Below are positions 38,934 to 47,551 of a stretch of DNA of 64,000 nt, piece after piece (within the stretch, counting starts at the first letter, position 1; each line of letters opens with the position of its first letter). A program made the position numbers and the translations under genes. The DNA comes from Thermofilaceae archaeon (GTDB lineage Archaea > Thermoproteota > Thermoprotei > Thermofilales > Thermofilaceae): NCBI GenBank assembly GCA_038727095.1, contig JAVYWK010000002.1:46336-110335 (forward strand), in the 5' to 3' direction. The notes beneath the pieces were generated by a model that saw nothing but the letters and a program-made list of their open reading frames with translations, did no database searches and was not told where the DNA came from.

Positions 38934-39514
38934 CGCGGAGGGGCTTAGGGATCAACGTTAAAGACCCTCGAGCTATCCAGAAAGTCTATTCGTGGTTGAG
39001 TGAATTGGGACTTGGATTATTGGTTGAAGTACGCACGACTGGCATCGAAGTACCGGACGCTGTCCTAAGTTCTGGGGATCCCGCGGTTTTCGCCTGCTGG
39101 CTTGCGATGTCTCTCACAGCGACGAAGAGAGTGGCCCTCGGAGTCGATTTGGGCTCCAGGCACCTGGGGCTTGCCGCTGTGGTTGGAGGAGTACTGGCTT
39201 TCTCGTGCGTTGCACGAAATCCTAAGAGGCTCGTTCACGTGATTTCAGCCCTTATAGGCCTCGGAGCGGAAGTGCACGTTCGTATAGGGTATTCTAGCCA
39301 CCTCGCTGCTTTGGCCAAACAACTTTATAAGAAACTAGAGGCAGTAGGTGCTCAGGTTGAGCTTTTAGGGAACGAACAGGTAAAGGAAAGCGTAGTACTT
39401 GGTGACTTTACACAACTGGGTAAACTATCAAGCCATGAGCTTGACGCGCTCAAGATCGCACTTGCACGTGATGCAGGCACGTCGCATAGTCGCGCTTCTA
39501 CTCATAGATATTAA
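38909..39514 (+). CDS. RNase H-like (YqgF/RuvC-like) domain protein
   Basis: ALGVDLGSRHLGLAAV, NE, HELDALKIA. Confidence 0.6.
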   Translation: MRSLVSELTRRGLGINVKDPRAIQKVYSWLSELGLGLLVEVRTTGIEVPDAVLSSGDPAVFACWLAMSLTATKRVALGVDLGSRHLGLAAVVGGVLAFSCVARNPKRLVHVISALIGLGAEVHVRIGYSSHLAALAKQLYKKLEAVGAQVELLGNEQVKESVVLGDFTQLGKLSSHELDALKIALARDAGTSHSRASTHRY

Positions 39515-39625
39515 AAAGCCAACGCGTGTAATATTTCGACTAACCATCTAATACTTGATTCAAACGTTGGATTGCCTGCACAAGTGACAAAAGCTTAAAA
39601 TAGCTTCAGATAAACGAGACAGTAC

Positions 39626-39730
39626 GCCGGGGTAGCTCAGCCCGGTGGAGCGCCCGGCTGTTAGCCGAGTTATGTTAAGAAATGGGTAGAAACCGGGAGG
39701 TCCCGGGTTCGAATCCCGGCCCCGGCGCCA
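39626..39730 (+). tRNA. tRNA-Asn(GUU) with 28-nt intron at 37/38 (39664-39691), CCA encoded
   Basis: GCCGGGG/CCCCGGC acceptor, CCCGG-CTGTTA..A-CCGGG; BHB helix CUGU/GUAG. Confidence 0.93.
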
Positions 39731-39910
39731 TCGATTTAATCTCAAGATTCAATCTATAAGGTAACTATTTTTAAATTTGCTTATAATTATTAGCATGAAT
39801 TTACAATAAGTGTTTACTAAAACGTGTTTACACTTGATTAATAAGCTGTCGACATGTGATTAGGGATTATCGCGTGCAAAATTTAAATATGTGGGTGCTA
39901 CGTACCTATT

Positions 39911-40039
39911 GGCGCTGAGCCGGCCATAGGGCGACTGGAAACGCCCGGTCTCGTCAGATCCCGGAAGCTAAGCAGTCGCCTGCCGCCGCGAGTACTGGGG
40001 TCTGCGGCCCCGGGAAAGCGCGGTGCTGGCTACGGCGCC
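39911..40039 (+). rRNA. rrf: 5S rRNA, unlinked from 16S/23S
   Basis: GGCCATAG, GAAACGCCCGGTCTCGTCAGATCCCGGAAGCTAAG, AGTACTGGG, CCGGGAAA; terminal stem GGCGCTG/CGGCGCC; TTTAAATA box about 25 nt upstream. Confidence 0.93.
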
Positions 40040-40135
40040 CGACTAATGTCAAATTCTTATTGGTCCAGTGTCGCACGGTACTTTTTTAAAGAGGGCGGAC
40101 TTCTACTTTTTAGAAGTTGAGTCCAGGTGCAGGGA

Positions 40136-41227
40136 ATGCCGAACCGATCGTGTGATGCGTGCACTTACTATTTGCGTAGGGCGAATTATTGTGCATTACT
40201 GGCGGTTAAGGTTAAGGACCCGAAGAACCCACCTTGCGAGGCTGAAGAAGGGGGGAGCAATAGTCGCGGGATCGCTGAGGTGAGTACCACTCCTAGCACT
40301 GCAAGCAGCGTCTCCACGAATTTCGGGCCGGTTGCCACAGTAACGTCTCCCTCAAATCCTCCACCGGTAGCCGTCGATACGCAGTTACGGCAAGCACAAC
40401 CTCAACCTGTCGCGCAGCAGGTTATGGTTCCTGCTGAGGCTTACAGGAGTTTTGAGGATCAGCTTGAGATTGTTCCTACAACGTTAACAGGCTTCGATTA
40501 CGCTAGCACAGGTATTCGAGAGCTCGACGAAGCCCTGGGGGGCGGCTTCATAAAGGGGAAGACCTACCTCGTTGCGGGTGAGACTGGTTGTGGCAAAACT
40601 ATCTTCTCGATACAGTTTCTTCTAACGGGCGTTCTCTTGTACGATGAGCCAGGCGTCTACATAGCCATAGATGAGCCCACAGAGCAGCTGTTAAAAGGGC
40701 TGAAGCGCTTCGGGTGGGATGTCGGCGAGCTCATAAGAGGAAAGAAGCTAGTGTTCCTAGACATGAGGACACACTTCAGCAAGATATACCTGCGTGAGGA
40801 GAGGAGGAAAATCGAGCCCAAGTTTATCATAGAGTCGATACTTAACGCGGCGAAGAAGATCAAGGCGAAACGTCTAGTTATAGACCCAATCGCACCGTTA
40901 ATCTATGGCGGTTCGCAAGAAGACGTGCTTTATGTGAGGGAGTTCCTCCGCGAAATGGTGTTTGCGATAGAGAGCCTAGGGACACTAACCACCGTGATGA
41001 CAAGCGAAATTCCCACTGGCAGCAAGCAGCTGAGCCGATTTGGAGTTGAGGAGTTCCTGGCGTCGGGCATAATCGTGCTGGGATTAGAGGAGTTAAAAGG
41101 CGATATCGTGCGAGTTATGTACTTGAGGAAGGCGCGGTGGGCCCCGGCTAAGCCTACAAAGTTCATCTTCGATATAGTCCCTGCAACGGGTATCGTGATC
41201 AGGGGGCTTTACCGAGAAACAGTGTAA
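40136..41227 (+). CDS. KaiC-like RecA-superfamily ATPase with N-terminal Cys-rich extension
   Basis: STGIRELDEALGGG, GETGCGKT, RLVIDP, SRFGVEEFLASGII, RKAR. Confidence 0.9.
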   Translation: MPNRSCDACTYYLRRANYCALLAVKVKDPKNPPCEAEEGGSNSRGIAEVSTTPSTASSVSTNFGPVATVTSPSNPPPVAVDTQLRQAQPQPVAQQVMVPAEAYRSFEDQLEIVPTTLTGFDYASTGIRELDEALGGGFIKGKTYLVAGETGCGKTIFSIQFLLTGVLLYDEPGVYIAIDEPTEQLLKGLKRFGWDVGELIRGKKLVFLDMRTHFSKIYLREERRKIEPKFIIESILNAAKKIKAKRLVIDPIAPLIYGGSQEDVLYVREFLREMVFAIESLGTLTTVMTSEIPTGSKQLSRFGVEEFLASGIIVLGLEELKGDIVRVMYLRKARWAPAKPTKFIFDIVPATGIVIRGLYRETV

Positions 41228-41988
41228 CGACGGGTCCTTCCCGCATCTTCTACAGCCCTTACAATAGTGCCCAGCTTGGTGTGCAGATCTCCCTCCTCTT
41301 CGACTATCGTCCCCGTCACTATGATGTCCGCTCCAGCCGCTACAGCGGCTCTCGCCAACTCTGGGGTTCGTATGCCTCCACCTGTTATCAGCGGGATTTC
41401 AACGTTTTTGTCGATTGCTTCAATCAACGCTGGGGGTACAGGCTCACCACCAGACCCCCCTTCGAGGTACAGGAACCTGAAGCCCATGTATTGCGCTGCA
41501 AGCGCGAACGCTACAGCTATTTCAGGTCTATCGTATGGTATCAATCTAGCTTGACTAACGTAACCCACAGTGCCACCGACGCCCATCACTAGGTACGCTA
41601 GGGGGAGTGCCTCTAAGCCGTACCGTTTGACGACGGGTGCCCCCTGCATTTGACCAAGCACGATGAAGTACGGGTTCACGGAGTTGAGAACCGAAATGAA
41701 CCACACCGCGTCAGCGAACCTACTTAGGTTGGTAGGCGAACCGGGGAAGAGTATTACTGGGAGATCGCATGCCTCTTTGACGGAAAGGACGACCTCGTCA
41801 ACCATGTGCTCAGACACCCCGACGCTCCCGCCCACCATTACCGCTGCAGAGCCCGCGCTCGCTGCAGCCTTCGCTACCCCCTTGGCCTGTTCACCCCCCA
41901 TCCGTGCGGGATCTATCAGGACCATGTGGATTGCTCCACGCTCGTTAATTGCATCGAGAATATACTTCTCAACTTTACCCATGCTCAC
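41209..41988 (-). CDS. Geranylgeranylglyceryl phosphate synthase
   Basis: HMVLIDP, VMVGGS, ILFPG, YLEGGSG, TGGGIR. Confidence 0.94.
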   Translation of the reverse strand: MSMGKVEKYILDAINERGAIHMVLIDPARMGGEQAKGVAKAAASAGSAAVMVGGSVGVSEHMVDEVVLSVKEACDLPVILFPGSPTNLSRFADAVWFISVLNSVNPYFIVLGQMQGAPVVKRYGLEALPLAYLVMGVGGTVGYVSQARLIPYDRPEIAVAFALAAQYMGFRFLYLEGGSGGEPVPPALIEAIDKNVEIPLITGGGIRTPELARAAVAAGADIIVTGTIVEEEGDLHTKLGTIVRAVEDAGRTRRYTVSR

Positions 41989-42229
41989 TCACCGGAGAAC
42001 TTTCATACACATCGAGGAATTTCGCGTAGTAGTCCACTGGCTGGTAGAACTCGCGATACTCGAAATCAGCTGAAAGCCCGCAAGTGACACATCTAACTTG
42101 CACCAGCCCACCGCTCTTGTCTGCAACTACACTTACGCTTACTGAGCCGCAGCGGGGACATTGAAACACTTTTGGTAGTGTGCGGCGGGGTCGTAGCTTG
42201 ATCCTTTTTCTGCTCTTCCTCCTGCCCAT
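41975..42229 (-). CDS. elf1: Transcription elongation factor Elf1
   Basis: MGRRKSR, LPKVFQCPRC, CVTCG, PVDYYAKFLD. Confidence 0.93.
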   Translation of the reverse strand: MGRRKSRKRIKLRPRRTLPKVFQCPRCGSVSVSVVADKSGGLVQVRCVTCGLSADFEYREFYQPVDYYAKFLDVYESSPVSEHG

Positions 42230-42298
42230 CGAACAGCGATGTACCGCTCTGTCTTAAAATGTTTGCCCTCCTCACGGCTCCCATGGTGGACCGCCAGC

Positions 42299-43741
42299 CT
42301 ACAGCCCAAGATTAGTAACTGCGAGCACGCGATCGCCACTCAAGTAACCCTCTAGCTCCACATCGGACCCTCTTATCTCCTCTTCAACGTAGGCCAGTAG
42401 CTTCGGTAGCATGCCCAGGACAGCCTGCTCCCTGATGTCATCCCAGCCAGCTCCTAGCAGCACCCCCACATGATCGATGCCGCTGACCACTGCACGCGCA
42501 TATCCTGTACCGTCATCAACGTTGATGACCGCTCCTATCACTGGGCTCCCATCCTTCAGAATCTTGTGCTTGAAAGAGACAGATAGAATAGTGGCTTCGG
42601 TCCTTACGTAGCAGCCAGCGGACGATAAGTTGTCCATGAGCGCTTGGGGAGAGTGCTGTTGCTCCAGTATGCGTAGGTGGTAGAAGGGATTTAACCTTAG
42701 GCCGCGCGGAGTATAATAAACGCCTTTAAGCTCCAGCAGGGTAGCTGGCTTAACATGTCTTAGCTCGTTCACAAGGTTTTCATCGTACGTTAGAATGCTT
42801 GTACTGTGACGTTGACCACACAGAATTAGGGTGAGCTTATTATACGATGAAGGAATCACTGCTGCGTAACGACCTCTTACAGCGAAAACACTAAGAGGTA
42901 GCTCTTCATCATTATCCAAATCCACCTGCTTGAAGTCGATTGTGTCAACATTCGTGTTTCCGGTAACAAAAACCCTTGAGACACGCGTTAGTTTATATCT
43001 CGTAAGACCCCCCATTAACTTCCTAGGTTCTTGAATCAGTACCATGTCACCACGCTGGATCTGCAGGGCTGAAGAAGAGGGGATTAGTACGCAGACGGGA
43101 GCTCCGTTGCTGACCCCGTACACTACTAAGCCGTTTTTGCCGACTACTACTTCATGGACTAGCAGTTTGAGAATATCTACGTTGTGAACCCCGACTAGCT
43201 CGTCAAGAGAGGGGATTGTGGGATCCTCAATTCTTTCAACAGTGCTGCCTTCCCCGATCTTCACTTCCACACGTCCTTTGTACTTAACGATAGCTGCCCG
43301 ATTTATCAGGATACAATCCCCTGGCTTTACTTCCCGAGCTATCCGCTCCGCGGTCTCACCCCATGCAACACAGTCCACGCAGGCGGTTTCATCGGCTATA
43401 ACGATTTTTACCATCATCTTACCGTCAGGGAACCTCCAGTCAAACACCTTCAGTACGCGCGCTATTATCCGAACATTCTGCAACCCAGGTATCAGATCTT
43501 TTAAGGGAAGCTTCACTTTGCTTGGTAGGGGCGATTGAGGAAGTGGAACACCTAGCTCCCGCGCTACTAGCAGCGCTGCCGCATCCTCATCGATCAAACC
43601 CTCCAACTCCTTTATCCTCTCCTCAATCATTTTGAGAATATGCGACTTTGTTAGTTCAGGCTTATGCGATAGAATCTGATCTATGATCCTGGAGACAACT
43701 TGCTGCGCATCTAAAACATTGTTTCCATAGTTGTCCTGCAT
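42299..43741 (-). CDS. RPA-like multi-OB-fold ssDNA-binding protein
   Basis: N-terminal GLIDEDAAALLVARELGV, OB fold LKDLIPG..IADETA..AWG, C-terminal VDDGTG. Confidence 0.78.
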   Translation of the reverse strand: MQDNYGNNVLDAQQVVSRIIDQILSHKPELTKSHILKMIEERIKELEGLIDEDAAALLVARELGVPLPQSPLPSKVKLPLKDLIPGLQNVRIIARVLKVFDWRFPDGKMMVKIVIADETACVDCVAWGETAERIAREVKPGDCILINRAAIVKYKGRVEVKIGEGSTVERIEDPTIPSLDELVGVHNVDILKLLVHEVVVGKNGLVVYGVSNGAPVCVLIPSSSALQIQRGDMVLIQEPRKLMGGLTRYKLTRVSRVFVTGNTNVDTIDFKQVDLDNDEELPLSVFAVRGRYAAVIPSSYNKLTLILCGQRHSTSILTYDENLVNELRHVKPATLLELKGVYYTPRGLRLNPFYHLRILEQQHSPQALMDNLSSAGCYVRTEATILSVSFKHKILKDGSPVIGAVINVDDGTGYARAVVSGIDHVGVLLGAGWDDIREQAVLGMLPKLLAYVEEEIRGSDVELEGYLSGDRVLAVTNLGL

Positions 43742-43947
43742 GACTCTGCTGCTCGGTAGAATTCAAGTCTGAGGCCTTTAAAGTATCTTTTCCCTTGCGT
43801 AGACGGTTTAACTGGTATTGACCTGGGAGAGCCCTGCGCGCAGCTGAATTTAAAGCGGAGAGCTATGCACTCGATGAAAGGAGACGAAGGCAAACATCGT
43901 AATGGCGCAAAACCTTTATAGATCATCGGGCTAGAGAGGCGAGAGAA

Positions 43948-44583
43948 ATGTCAACGGTCGTAATCGGGGAAATTAGGCTGCCGGTTTCAGAGGCGTTCCG
44001 CATCTCCCTGGAGAACGTACGGCGGCGCTTTACCAGGGTTGCGATAACGACGGCCTCCGTAACCTTGGGTATAGCCTTCTTCGTCTCCCTCATGATGATG
44101 GCGTCGTTCCAAGCGCTGGCCGGTGGAGCTGGCATTCAACCATACATGTACTGGCTCCTCTTCATCTCGCTCCTCGTATGTGGCGTAGGCATAACTAACA
44201 GCATGCTCATAGCGGTGGCGGAAAGGTACAAGGAGATAGGCACGTACAAGTGCCTCGGCGCTTTGGATCGCCACATCCTCGAGCTATTCCTTCTGGAGGC
44301 TCTACTGGTAGGCGGAATCGGAGGAGTAGCCGGCTACGCAGTTGGGCTCATAGCAGCGCTAGTGTACGCGGCCGTTAACCCAGCAGTAGGTATTACAAGC
44401 GCGGTCAATGCTATGGTGCACACGAATCCCACTATACCGCTTGCCAGCGTGCTACCGGTCGCCTTAGCAATGCTCATACTCGGGGTCGGTATCGCGATGC
44501 TTCTCAGCTTGATTGCCACCCTTTACCCGGCGTACTATGCCGCGCGACTCAGCCCTGCTGAAGCTCTACGCTACGAGATCTAG
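43948..44583 (+). CDS. FtsX/MacB-family ABC permease, minimal form
   Basis: GITNSMLIAVAERYKEIGTYKCLGA, YPAYYAARLSPAEALRYE. Confidence 0.9.
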   Translation: MSTVVIGEIRLPVSEAFRISLENVRRRFTRVAITTASVTLGIAFFVSLMMMASFQALAGGAGIQPYMYWLLFISLLVCGVGITNSMLIAVAERYKEIGTYKCLGALDRHILELFLLEALLVGGIGGVAGYAVGLIAALVYAAVNPAVGITSAVNAMVHTNPTIPLASVLPVALAMLILGVGIAMLLSLIATLYPAYYAARLSPAEALRYEI

Positions 44584-44625
44584 AAAACGTAATATACCCC
44601 TGTATCGTGTGTGGGGTGAAGGGGG

Positions 44626-45354
44626 ATGGCGCTCAGGTACGAGTACACGGTTGAGACTGAAGATCTAGCAAAGTACTACAAAATGGGGCCTTACATCGTC
44701 AAAGCCTTGGACGGTGTTAACCTAAAGATTAGAAGAGGAGAGTATGTGTCTATCATGGGCCCCTCGGGAGCCGGTAAAACCACTCTCTTCAACATGATAG
44801 GGGGGCTTGATCGACCTACAAGGGGGAGAGTTTACATAGATGAGGTGGACATCAGCAAGCTCGACGCGTACGAGCTCGCCTGGCTCAGAGCGAGGAAAAT
44901 CGGCTACATCTTCCAGACCTTTAACCTCATTCCGGTTTTAACCGCGATGGAGAACGTGATGCTGCCCATGATCTTCGCTGGCGTGAGGAGAGAGGAGAGG
45001 ATCCGGAAGGCGAGGGAGCTGCTTGAGCGTGTTGGGCTTGGGGATCGGCTTTACCACCGGCCGACGGAGTTGAGCGGTGGGCAGCAGCAGAGGGTTGCAA
45101 TCGCTAGAGCCCTCGCCAACGACCCCGCAATCATCCTCGCCGACGAGCCCACCGGCAACCTCGACCTGCAGACCGGCTTAGAAATCATAAATCTGTTGAG
45201 ACAGTTGAATAAGGAGAGGGGAGTTACGATCGTCACTGCTACCCACGACCTCAAGATGATCGACGTCAGCGACAGGATCGTTTACCTCAGGGACGGTAGA
45301 GTCGAAAGAGTCGAAACGAGAGCAGAGATTGCCGTAGAGGCGGAAGAGGCTTAG
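44626..45354 (+). CDS. LolD/MacB-type ABC ATP-binding protein
   Basis: [36 protein letters not shown]. Confidence 0.94.
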   Translation: MALRYEYTVETEDLAKYYKMGPYIVKALDGVNLKIRRGEYVSIMGPSGAGKTTLFNMIGGLDRPTRGRVYIDEVDISKLDAYELAWLRARKIGYIFQTFNLIPVLTAMENVMLPMIFAGVRREERIRKARELLERVGLGDRLYHRPTELSGGQQQRVAIARALANDPAIILADEPTGNLDLQTGLEIINLLRQLNKERGVTIVTATHDLKMIDVSDRIVYLRDGRVERVETRAEIAVEAEEA

Positions 45355-45656
45355 GATAACAAGCCTTTAATTATCAGAGGGTAATAACTGTTTTTGAATT
45401 GCTCGAAGCTCACATGTACTTCGGGAACTGAGGAACTGGCAATTTCATAAGCTGCAAGGTGTACGCAACGTTCGCTCAATCTCCTGGTAAACACGTTAAA
45501 GAAGAAGCTGGAGCAACTGCAAAAAACGGGAGGCAACAGTAAGTATAACTTATCCAACTTTGTTCCGTAAGCGAGGTGTAAAGTTACTCCGAGCTCCTCA
45601 ATACGTACCTTAAGCAGGCGTCTCTTACTGAGGAGCTTTCGAGCGGATCTTTCCAT
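45351..45656 (-). CDS. Small SWIM-type zinc-finger protein
   Basis: FCSCSSF...CVHL. Confidence 0.7.
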   Translation of the reverse strand: MERSARKLLSKRRLLKVRIEELGVTLHLAYGTKLDKLYLLLPPVFCSCSSFFFNVFTRRLSERCVHLAAYEIASSSVPEVHVSFEQFKNSYYPLIIKGLLS

Positions 45657-46162
45657 TAGCCTTCGCCCTGGTATGCCCCTCCGTAACCAACAGATGCTCC
45701 TTGGACCCGTATAAATATTAGTTGAACTACTCTAGCGTTGCGCTCCAGCACTATGCCTGAGTCATTGTAGACAACGAGCAACGCGCGACTACGCCCCCTA
45801 TAACCTGGATCCCAAACCGCAGTTTCAACGCTAGCACCACACCTGATCAAGCTGGATCGGGGTTTAGCTATCGCAGCGATACCCAACGGTAAATTCATAA
45901 TTTCATTAAACACCAGAACATATGCGCCCTTGCTCAGGTGAACGCGACCATCAGGTTCGAAGGGTATAGGCTCAGTGTCAGGGAGAACCCTTCCTCTGTT
46001 GTCAAAATTTATATGACCCACACCCTTAAATCTTCGCACCTCCCTTAACGATAGGTCAAAACCGGCAGGTTGAAGCTGAACGTCCAGATCCACCCAACCT
46101 TCAACAAGTGGGGGCTGCGATTCCAGTATCAACTTCAGCAGCTCATCTCTACCTAGTATCAT
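45656..46162 (-). CDS. dut: Archaeal dUTPase (dCTP deaminase/dUTPase family)
   Basis: QPAGFDL, PRSSLIRCG, WDPGYRG, YQGE. Confidence 0.88.
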   Translation of the reverse strand: MILGRDELLKLILESQPPLVEGWVDLDVQLQPAGFDLSLREVRRFKGVGHINFDNRGRVLPDTEPIPFEPDGRVHLSKGAYVLVFNEIMNLPLGIAAIAKPRSSLIRCGASVETAVWDPGYRGRSRALLVVYNDSGIVLERNARVVQLIFIRVQGASVGYGGAYQGEG

Positions 46163-46201
46163 CCCGTAGCCGTATGGAAGTAATTCCAGTTTAAGCTAAC
46201 G

Positions 46202-47467
46202 TTAAGGTACGAGTCTGTGTTGGTCGCGCGGGAAAAGCACCACCTCTCTGATATTCTGAGACCCAGTTATAACCATGACCAGCCTGTCTAGACCCATTCC
46301 GAAACCGCCGTGAGGAGGCATCCCATACTTGAACGCCCTAAGGTAGAAGTCGAAATCGCTGGGATCCAACCCCTTTTCCATCATGTTCTGAACAAGTTTA
46401 TCGTAGTTATGCTCCCTCTGTCCGCCCGAAGCTAGCTCTAGCCCTCTGTAATCAAGATCAAAAGAGGCGCTCACTTCTCCCTTACGCATTATGTAGAAGG
46501 GTTTAGCCTGCCAGGGGTACTCCACAATAAAGTACGCGTCATACCCCTCCTCAACCATATTTTGACCGATTGCCCTCTCCTCGTCGCTACCAAAGTCCTG
46601 CCCCCACTCTACACGGAACCCCCTAGCCTTCAGAATCTCAAGCGCTTCATCGTACGTCAATCGCTTGAAAGGTGAACGAGGGGCTCTTAGCTCTACGCCT
46701 AACTCCCGGAGCTCTCGGTGGGCATTCACTCGGAGGTATTCAAAAACGTGGAGGATGAGCTTCTCCAGAAGCGCCACGACGTCCTCAGGCCCCCTTATGA
46801 ACGCCATTTCGACATCAACCCCCCAGCTCTCGTTAAGATGCCTGCTCGTGCTGAAAGGTTCAGCTCTGAAGTAAGGTGTTATTTCGTACACTCGGGAGCA
46901 CCCGCACATGAGCATCTGCTTGTATAGCTGGGGGCTTTGAGCCAGGTACGCAGTTCCACCAAAGTAATCGAGCCGGAATAGAGTAGCTCCACCCTCTGCA
47001 CCCGCTCCGCATATCTTGGGGGTGTGCACCTCTAGGAAGCCCAGACCCTCTAGAAACTCTCTCACAGCCTTGGTTACCATAGCTCTAACCCTGAAAAGTG
47101 CGCGCTGCCGGGGAATTCGCAACGCTACGTAGCGGTGGTCAATAAGAGTGTCGAGCAGAGCAGGTGTTTTGCCGGTTGGATCGAGGGGGAGCAGGTCTAA
47201 CGGCTCAGCAACGATCCTGAGATCGTGAGCCCGCACTTCGATACCTCTCTTGCTGATCTGCGCCGCAGGTACATCACCCCTCACGGTAATAGCTGTACCG
47301 ACCTTGACTTCTGCCACCGTTCTCCAAGCTTCCGGGTTTTCATCGCGTTTAACGACGACGGTGTACAGTTGCAGATCGACCCCATCGATCACCTCTAAGA
47401 AAGCTATTCCGCCCAGTGTCCTTACAGAGTTAACCCAACCATTGACTTGAACCTGCCCTTCTTGCAC
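46202..47467 (-). CDS. aspS: Aspartyl-tRNA synthetase
   Basis: LAQSPQLYKQ, FRAE..RHLNE, GMPPHGGFGMGLDR. Confidence 0.93.
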   Translation of the reverse strand: MQEGQVQVNGWVNSVRTLGGIAFLEVIDGVDLQLYTVVVKRDENPEAWRTVAEVKVGTAITVRGDVPAAQISKRGIEVRAHDLRIVAEPLDLLPLDPTGKTPALLDTLIDHRYVALRIPRQRALFRVRAMVTKAVREFLEGLGFLEVHTPKICGAGAEGGATLFRLDYFGGTAYLAQSPQLYKQMLMCGCSRVYEITPYFRAEPFSTSRHLNESWGVDVEMAFIRGPEDVVALLEKLILHVFEYLRVNAHRELRELGVELRAPRSPFKRLTYDEALEILKARGFRVEWGQDFGSDEERAIGQNMVEEGYDAYFIVEYPWQAKPFYIMRKGEVSASFDLDYRGLELASGGQREHNYDKLVQNMMEKGLDPSDFDFYLRAFKYGMPPHGGFGMGLDRLVMVITGSQNIREVVLFPRDQHRLVP

Positions 47468-47551
47468 GATCCTTGCCCGGGTATCATCTCGTTATAAACC
47501 CTCACTGTAGGTGACGACAGTCTTATCTCCCGGCTGAGACATAATCCCTCT

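Noticed and set aside
39560-39745. 61-aa minus ORF (also 54617-54808)
   Set aside because: Antisense translations of tRNA genes.
39731-39910. AT-rich gap as a possible replication origin
   Set aside because: No ORB-like repeats or adjacent cdc6/whiP; explained by tRNA termination and the 5S promoter.
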